Below are positions 58,906 through 64,000 of a stretch of 64,000 nucleotides of DNA, piece after piece. Below the pieces are notes generated by a model, which searched no databases, was not told the origin of the DNA, and saw nothing but the letters and a program-made list of their open reading frames with translations. Source of the stretch: a virus. The stretch is from the IMG/VR virus record IMGVR_UViG_3300048929_000741, positions 1-64,000 of that record. One strand, given 5' to 3'. Position numbers and translations under genes: made by a program. How positions within the stretch are numbered: position 1 is the first letter of the stretch; each line of letters starts with the position of its first letter.

Positions 58906-60501
58906 ATGAAAAAGAGAGCATTGCTAAGATTGGCAACGAGTATTTGTTTTATGTTTTGTATAATGGTTTTAGGGCAATTCACTACTATGGCTGATGAGGT
59001 TGAACCTACATGGATAACATTAACTTCAATGTCTACTGGTAGATCTGACTTTCAAATGGAAGTAATAAATGGTAAAATTTATGCTATGGGTGGGATTGAT
59101 AATGGTGTTATTAATAATTCAACAGAGGTATATGATCCAAGTACAAATCAATGGGAACCATTAGCTTCGATGTCAACAGCCAGGTATTCATTTCAAACAG
59201 AAGTAATAGATGGAAAAATTTATGCTATTGGTGGAGTGATTAAAAATAGTTCAAGAACTAATTCAATAGAGGTTTATGACCCGGCTACTAATAAATGGAC
59301 AACATTAGCTTCAATGTCTACAGGTAGGTCTGATTTCCAAACGGAAGTAATTAATGGCAAAATATATGCTATTGGTGGAACTACCAATAATAATGCTACC
59401 AATTCAACAGAGGTATATGATCCAATTACAAATCATTGGACGACACTAGCTTCTATGTCAATATCTAAGTGTAGATTTCAAACAGAAGTAATAGATGGAA
59501 AAATATATGTTATCGGTGGTTCTGATTTGAATAAAAATAAAACAACAGAAGTATATAATCCATCTACTAATCAATGGACAACACTAGCTTCTATGTCTAT
59601 ATGTAGGCAGAACTTTCAAACAGTAGTAATAGATGGAAAGATATATGCTATGGGAGGACAAGGGCTAAATATTGATGGAGGATTTTTTGTATCAACAGAG
59701 GTATATGATCCAGCAATCAATCAATGGACAACATTGGCTTCTATGTCTACTAGCAGGACAATGTTTCAAACAGAAGTAATAAATGGGAAAATATATGCTA
59801 TAGGGGGTTGCGATGCCACTACTCACAAAAATTCAACAGAGACATATGATCCATCTACTAATCAATGGACAACATTAGTTTCAATGTCTAAAGATAGGCA
59901 AAGATTTCAAACAAAAGTAATTGATAGAAAAATTTATGCTGTTGGTGGTGATAGTAATTCCTCTGTGGAAGTATATACAATTCCAGAAACACTATCAAAC
60001 CTTAAAGCTATTGGCGGAGATTCCAGAGTAGACTTAACCTGGAATCCTGTAACCGATGCAACAAGCTACACCGTTAAGCGCTTCACGACTGCAGGAGGCC
60101 CATATACAACAATAGCGACAGGTATAACAGGAACTACCTATACAGACACGGGCGTTACTAATGGTACTACATACTATTACGTTGTAACTGCAATCGTAAA
60201 TGGGAGTGAAAGTTGGAGTTCTAACGAAGCCTCAGCAACTCCACAAGCTTCCACTAATCCAAATCAGCCAACCGGAAACAAGGCTCTTCTTGTGATCTCA
60301 ATGGTTACTGGCGAACGTAAAGAATATGAAATGACCACTGATAAAATTAACGATTTCATTGCATGGTATAACAGCAAGGCAGCTTCCAGCCCAACCTATG
60401 TTATTGAAAAGGAGTATAACAAAGCTTCGTTTACAGCTCGAAAAGATTATATTTCTTACGAACAGATTTCAAACTTTGAGGTGAATGAATATAACAATTA
60501 A
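58906..60501 (+). CDS. Secreted Kelch-repeat plus fibronectin-III protein
   Basis: Signal peptide; seven GKIYAIGG-type repeats of about 47 aa; Fn3 (LTWNPV...YYYVVTA). Confidence 0.88.
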   Translation: MKKRALLRLATSICFMFCIMVLGQFTTMADEVEPTWITLTSMSTGRSDFQMEVINGKIYAMGGIDNGVINNSTEVYDPSTNQWEPLASMSTARYSFQTEVIDGKIYAIGGVIKNSSRTNSIEVYDPATNKWTTLASMSTGRSDFQTEVINGKIYAIGGTTNNNATNSTEVYDPITNHWTTLASMSISKCRFQTEVIDGKIYVIGGSDLNKNKTTEVYNPSTNQWTTLASMSICRQNFQTVVIDGKIYAMGGQGLNIDGGFFVSTEVYDPAINQWTTLASMSTSRTMFQTEVINGKIYAIGGCDATTHKNSTETYDPSTNQWTTLVSMSKDRQRFQTKVIDRKIYAVGGDSNSSVEVYTIPETLSNLKAIGGDSRVDLTWNPVTDATSYTVKRFTTAGGPYTTIATGITGTTYTDTGVTNGTTYYYVVTAIVNGSESWSSNEASATPQASTNPNQPTGNKALLVISMVTGERKEYEMTTDKINDFIAWYNSKAASSPTYVIEKEYNKASFTARKDYISYEQISNFEVNEYNN

Positions 60502-60614
60502 TGAAGACTAAATACAGGCGGGTATCTGGTATACGAACCCGCCCTTAAAAATACTTTCCATATTTGATCCATCGTGGTATTATAGTAATGTAGAGTGGCA
60601 GAAAGGATAGCCAT

Positions 60615-60797
60615 ATGAATATAAATGATAATACACTTAAAGCAATCAATGTAATTCCTTATAATGGAAAATCAATAAATCTTAATGATCTGTGCATGTC
60701 CTACACAAATTTCCAACCAAATCAAGTGTTAGAAGCAGCAGTACATGGAGATATGATAGTTATAACAACAGCTATAAAAAACAATCTAACTAGTTAA
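60615..60797 (+). CDS. Hypothetical protein
   Basis: RBS GAAAGG; own promoter-like TGGTATTAT. Confidence 0.5.
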   Translation: MNINDNTLKAINVIPYNGKSINLNDLCMSYTNFQPNQVLEAAVHGDMIVITTAIKNNLTS

Positions 60798-61172
60798 AAT
60801 TTTAAATGTCGCTCTACTCCCGTTGAAATAAGCCTATAAGTATTACTGTATTCGCTGTTTGCATAACGCTGAAGCTGCATTAATCACTTTCTGGTTCCTA
60901 CGGTAAAAGGAAAGGTCCTGCTGCCGTTAATGGAACTCAGTTCCGCTATACAGTTATAGCAAAATCCTCCGGTTTTGTAGTTGGCAAACCTACAATCGAA
61001 TGACATAGGAGATTTTTTGCTTGATGCTGATGCTATTTGGAAATACACCTGCATAGCAGAAGGTTTATTTTCTCTATTCTATAATTTAGAATCCCGGACA
61101 TTCTATAAATACCTTCATAGAATCTCCGGGATTTTGTAAACTTTTAGGACAAAAATTAAGCTTTAGATTAAA

Positions 61173-61883
61173 TTAAAAGTTATCATAATAAGATAATCCA
61201 AAATTACTTATGTTATAATTCTTTCCATGAACAATGCCAACACCATATCTAATAGCTTCTCTTCTTTCCTGACCGTCAGCACTTATTACATAAGTATGTA
61301 TTGCCGTTAAAATATCTGGATCACCAGCCCAAGCCGATCCTTTTGCTAATTTATAGCCGGCAATAGATGATAGCATATCAGACTTAGAAACGCTAAATGA
61401 CCATTCGTGTACAGACTGATCAAAGAGATATGCCAATCCCTGTGTGGTTGTGATTCCAAAATCACTTGCATAATTTAATGCATGATTAAAATAATCTTCT
61501 GCATGACTGATTTGAAGAGAAATACAGTAGGAATTTTTGCCTAATGCTTCAAAACATGCCTGCCAATCAGAAACTAATGCCCCTTTTGGTGTAGAAATAC
61601 TATCCCCCCAAGCTACCTGTTTAGAGGTTGAAATTTTTAACATATCTTTTACAGATTTAGCTTTAGTTGCACCGAAAATGCTTGTAAAATCTGTATTATG
61701 TGATGCAATAAATTCTTTAAGTAACGGCTGTAGTGTTTCTTGTCCTAAATTATACTGGATAATACCAAATGACATACCTTGACCATCAGCATTTCCAGTA
61801 ACATTTGAGTATCCGTTATTGCCTTCAAAAAATCCTGTATTTGATAATAATTTTTTCTTAAGACTTAAAGTAATGCTCTTCAT
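61173..61883 (-). CDS. Lysozyme-like glycoside hydrolase
   Basis: FE...GNADGQGMSFGIIQYNLGQ; LAYLFDQSVH; RBS GGAGG. Confidence 0.6.
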   Translation of the reverse strand: MKSITLSLKKKLLSNTGFFEGNNGYSNVTGNADGQGMSFGIIQYNLGQETLQPLLKEFIASHNTDFTSIFGATKAKSVKDMLKISTSKQVAWGDSISTPKGALVSDWQACFEALGKNSYCISLQISHAEDYFNHALNYASDFGITTTQGLAYLFDQSVHEWSFSVSKSDMLSSIAGYKLAKGSAWAGDPDILTAIHTYVISADGQERREAIRYGVGIVHGKNYNISNFGLSYYDNF

Positions 61884-62093
61884 ATATTAATCCTCCATAT
61901 TTTTATTGTAATTAAAAATTTATCATGAGGGGAATTACAAGATGGAAATAACATTCCCTATTATTCCATGCTTGTCTCACTGGAATTTTTGATTACACTA
62001 TATAAAAATAAATTTTTTTATTTTTAGCAACTAAATTTATATTATTTTATATTTATTTAAAAAGTATCATAACTTAAAAGGTTATGGTACTCT

Positions 62094-62350
62094 CAGACTG
62101 TAGACAAAATCCCGGGCTACCGCCCGGGATTTTTCTTTGAAAAGTTTCTAAAAGTTGAGTATAATAAGGACTTGAAGGCATTTTTCTGATATAATAGGAG
62201 TATCAAAATAAGGCGGTGATTCTACCTACTTATGATGACTCAAAATGCTAATAAGAAAAGAGAACAGATTAGTTTATGTGTATGGATGATATGGTTACTC
62301 AGAATCATCTTCTTAGAATCATTGATAATGCAATTGATCGGAACTTTATA
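62094..62350 (+). mobile_element. IS1182-like left-end remnant
   Basis: End CAGACTGTAGACAAA; broken N-terminus MMTQNANKKREQI / MDDMVTQNHLLRIIDNAID from 62232. Confidence 0.65.
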
Positions 62351-62392
62351 ATTGGAATAGGATATTGAACTTCAATGAGTATACGGTAACGT

Positions 62393-62524
62393 CTAAACTT
62401 TACAATCTATTGCCAGCTTATCATCTCTTATGCCTTTGAAAACAGGCTGCCTAAAGCTATCCTTTTCATTTAGACCGGTCTCAAGAAAAGTTAAGCATTC
62501 ATTTTTTTCACAATTATTTAGCAT
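62393..62524 (-). pseudogene. 43-aa deletion chimera ending in an ATP-dependent DNA ligase C-terminal motif
   Basis: RBS AAGGAG; MLNNCEKNE...FRQPVFKGIRDDK. Confidence 0.45.
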
Positions 62525-62610
62525 TTGTTTGACTCCTTAACAAAATATAGTAAAATTTGTCTTTCTGTAGTATATCATATTCTCTATCAAAAAAACAAAC
62601 ATTTGTTCGA

Positions 62611-62905
62611 AAATAGCAATTTAGCACTAAAAGCAAATGCCAGCGATTTGGAGAGCAAAGCCGGACTCGGAACAAATAGTTATGATGGTGTACAGTCCAT
62701 TATATATCCTTCCGGTATAGGCAATACATCATATACAAATGCCCAGGTTTTATCACGCGCACCATATTCGCAGAACCCAGGTGTACGCGCGATGTATGGA
62801 TTTGAAAATGTTGGAAGTAACGCAGGCGCATTATATTTAGATACTGATGGACGACTTAAATGGATAGCCCATGATGGTAATACAAAAGTAATTGATTGGA
62901 CATAA
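62611..62905 (+). other. Orphan tail-fibre C-terminal cassette
   Basis: Starts at AAATAGCAATTTA (NSNL), open to VIDWT*. Confidence 0.75.
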
Positions 62906-62945
62906 ATACGCCCGTATCAAACAAAGGATTCTCTAATACAAATGA

Positions 62946-63230
62946 TCATTTTAATGAAATATTAACTCGAACATATCCGTAGTTTCCGGGCGCAGAACTA
63001 AACAATGAAGGATCATTGGTATAAATGCTAAAACTGTTGGGGCTCATGTGAATTTGCCACTTACTGTAGTCAACATCGTTATCTTGTACGTTAACTCCAG
63101 TAATGGTTACATTATACCTGGAACTATGAGGAAGCGATATTCCAGATGAAGAAGCATATCCACTGCTTCCACCTCCAAAAATAATAGGATATTCTATGTC
63201 AGTTCCAATAATATTTAAATTGCTATTTAA
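62946..63230 (-). other. Orphan tail-fibre C-terminal cassette (94 aa, not in the ORF track)
   Basis: Starts at the 15-bp site 63215-63229; reads LNSNLNIIGT...VRVNISLK*. Confidence 0.78.
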
Positions 63231-63334
63231 TTTAGAGGAAAAATAGATAAAAATAAATGTTAAAATCTATTAAATTATTGTAAATTTTACTTCTTTTTAT
63301 TATAATATAGTTAAAAAGACTAGGAGTAATAAAT

Positions 63335-64000
63335 ATGTATAATCCTTTTTTATTATTTAATTTAAACTTACCTGGCGAACTTAAAAACATACCACAAAAA
63401 GAAGTAATCGAGGCTAAAAGAAAAGTTAACTCTCTTCTAAAAGATAGTAAAGCCCAAGCTAAATTAGGTAAGTGCTACTATTGCAATAATGATTATAATA
63501 GTTTTTGCAATTCTCATACAATACCTCAATTTTGCTTGAAGAATATAGCGATAGATGGAAAAATATATTGCATGAATACAATAATAGAGTTACCTGTTAT
63601 AAAAGATGAAAAAGGTATAAATGAAGCTGGGGTCTTTCATCTGATTTGTCGTGACTGTGATAGCAAAATTTTTAAAGATTATGAGAATCCGGAGAATTAC
63701 AATGATGTTCCTACAATAAAAATGCTTGCACAAATTGATATGAAAAACAACCTAAAAAACATTAGTAAGAGATTGATGGAAATAGAATTATACAAACTAA
63801 TGGGGGAAAGATTATCGGTATCGAATGATTATGTAAGTTATAGAAATGAAATTAATGAAATGGATTTAAAAGAATATCATGAAGCCTACTTGAACGCGAA
63901 GAAAGTAGATCTAAAACCCACAAATGGTGAATATTTTATTGGCTTTTATGAAGTACTTCCATATTTAGTCCCAGTGGCTTTTCAAGGCACCATTGCATTA
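63335..64000 (+). CDS. Partial HNH-like Zn-binding protein (runs off the window)
   Basis: RBS AGGAG; CYYC, NSHTIP, CRDCDSKIFKDYE. Confidence 0.6.
   Translation, partial: MYNPFLLFNLNLPGELKNIPQKEVIEAKRKVNSLLKDSKAQAKLGKCYYCNNDYNSFCNSHTIPQFCLKNIAIDGKIYCMNTIIELPVIKDEKGINEAGVFHLICRDCDSKIFKDYENPENYNDVPTIKMLAQIDMKNNLKNISKRLMEIELYKLMGERLSVSNDYVSYRNEINEMDLKEYHEAYLNAKKVDLKPTNGEYFIGFYEVLPYLVPVAFQGTIAL

Larger units (their letters stand above)
1..60550. mobile_element. Temperate prophage, probably cryptic; attL lies left of the window, right end uncertain
   Basis: Canonical order: integrase, ImmA/CI/Cro, recombination/replication, terminase, tail, holin/endolysin; no att repeat identifiable inside the window. 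Confidence 0.93.

Noticed and set aside
59010-59980. Regularly spaced direct repeats resembling a CRISPR array
   Set aside because: They are in-frame Kelch coding repeats without unique spacers; no cas genes
60960-61020. GGCAAAC hairpin resembling a c-di-GMP-I riboswitch
   Set aside because: Second stem and other consensus elements not recognisable; no downstream gene

Overview
Almost the whole window is one temperate siphovirus-type prophage of a low-GC Firmicute. The host is probably Lachnospiraceae, inferred from the WxxDxNGWWY-type cell-wall-binding proteins. Gene order: integrase and ImmA/CI/Cro switch (1-3.7 kb); recombination and replication (SSB x2, Rad50-like ATPase, RecT, initiator, RNase H, primase-helicase; 4.4-17.6 kb); a variable region with four methyltransferases, a XerD-like recombinase and AT-rich morons (17.6-32.4 kb); TerS to TerL with cargo and a tRNA-like RNA region (33.5-44.9 kb); distal tail, antirepressor and tail-fibre genes (46.8-57 kb); lysis (57.3-58.7 kb); then morons and debris. 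The prophage looks cryptic: the integrase is frameshifted, several genes carry nonsense or frameshift lesions, and I see no portal, capsid, major-tail or tape-measure gene. The main unexplained structures are: (i) a family of short sites TAAAY-N4-ATTTR that builds a tail-fibre shufflon, bounds a second orphan cassette pair and an Abi-alpha-like gene, and recurs at gene junctions up to the XerD-like recombinase; (ii) three unrelated morons, each bracketed by the same inverted repeat, with one copy in the promoter and one in the terminator, possibly a long-range antitermination insulator; (iii) a YydG/EpeE-like radical SAM plus a 64-aa peptide gene where the head genes should be. All calls come from reading motifs by eye; no searches were run.
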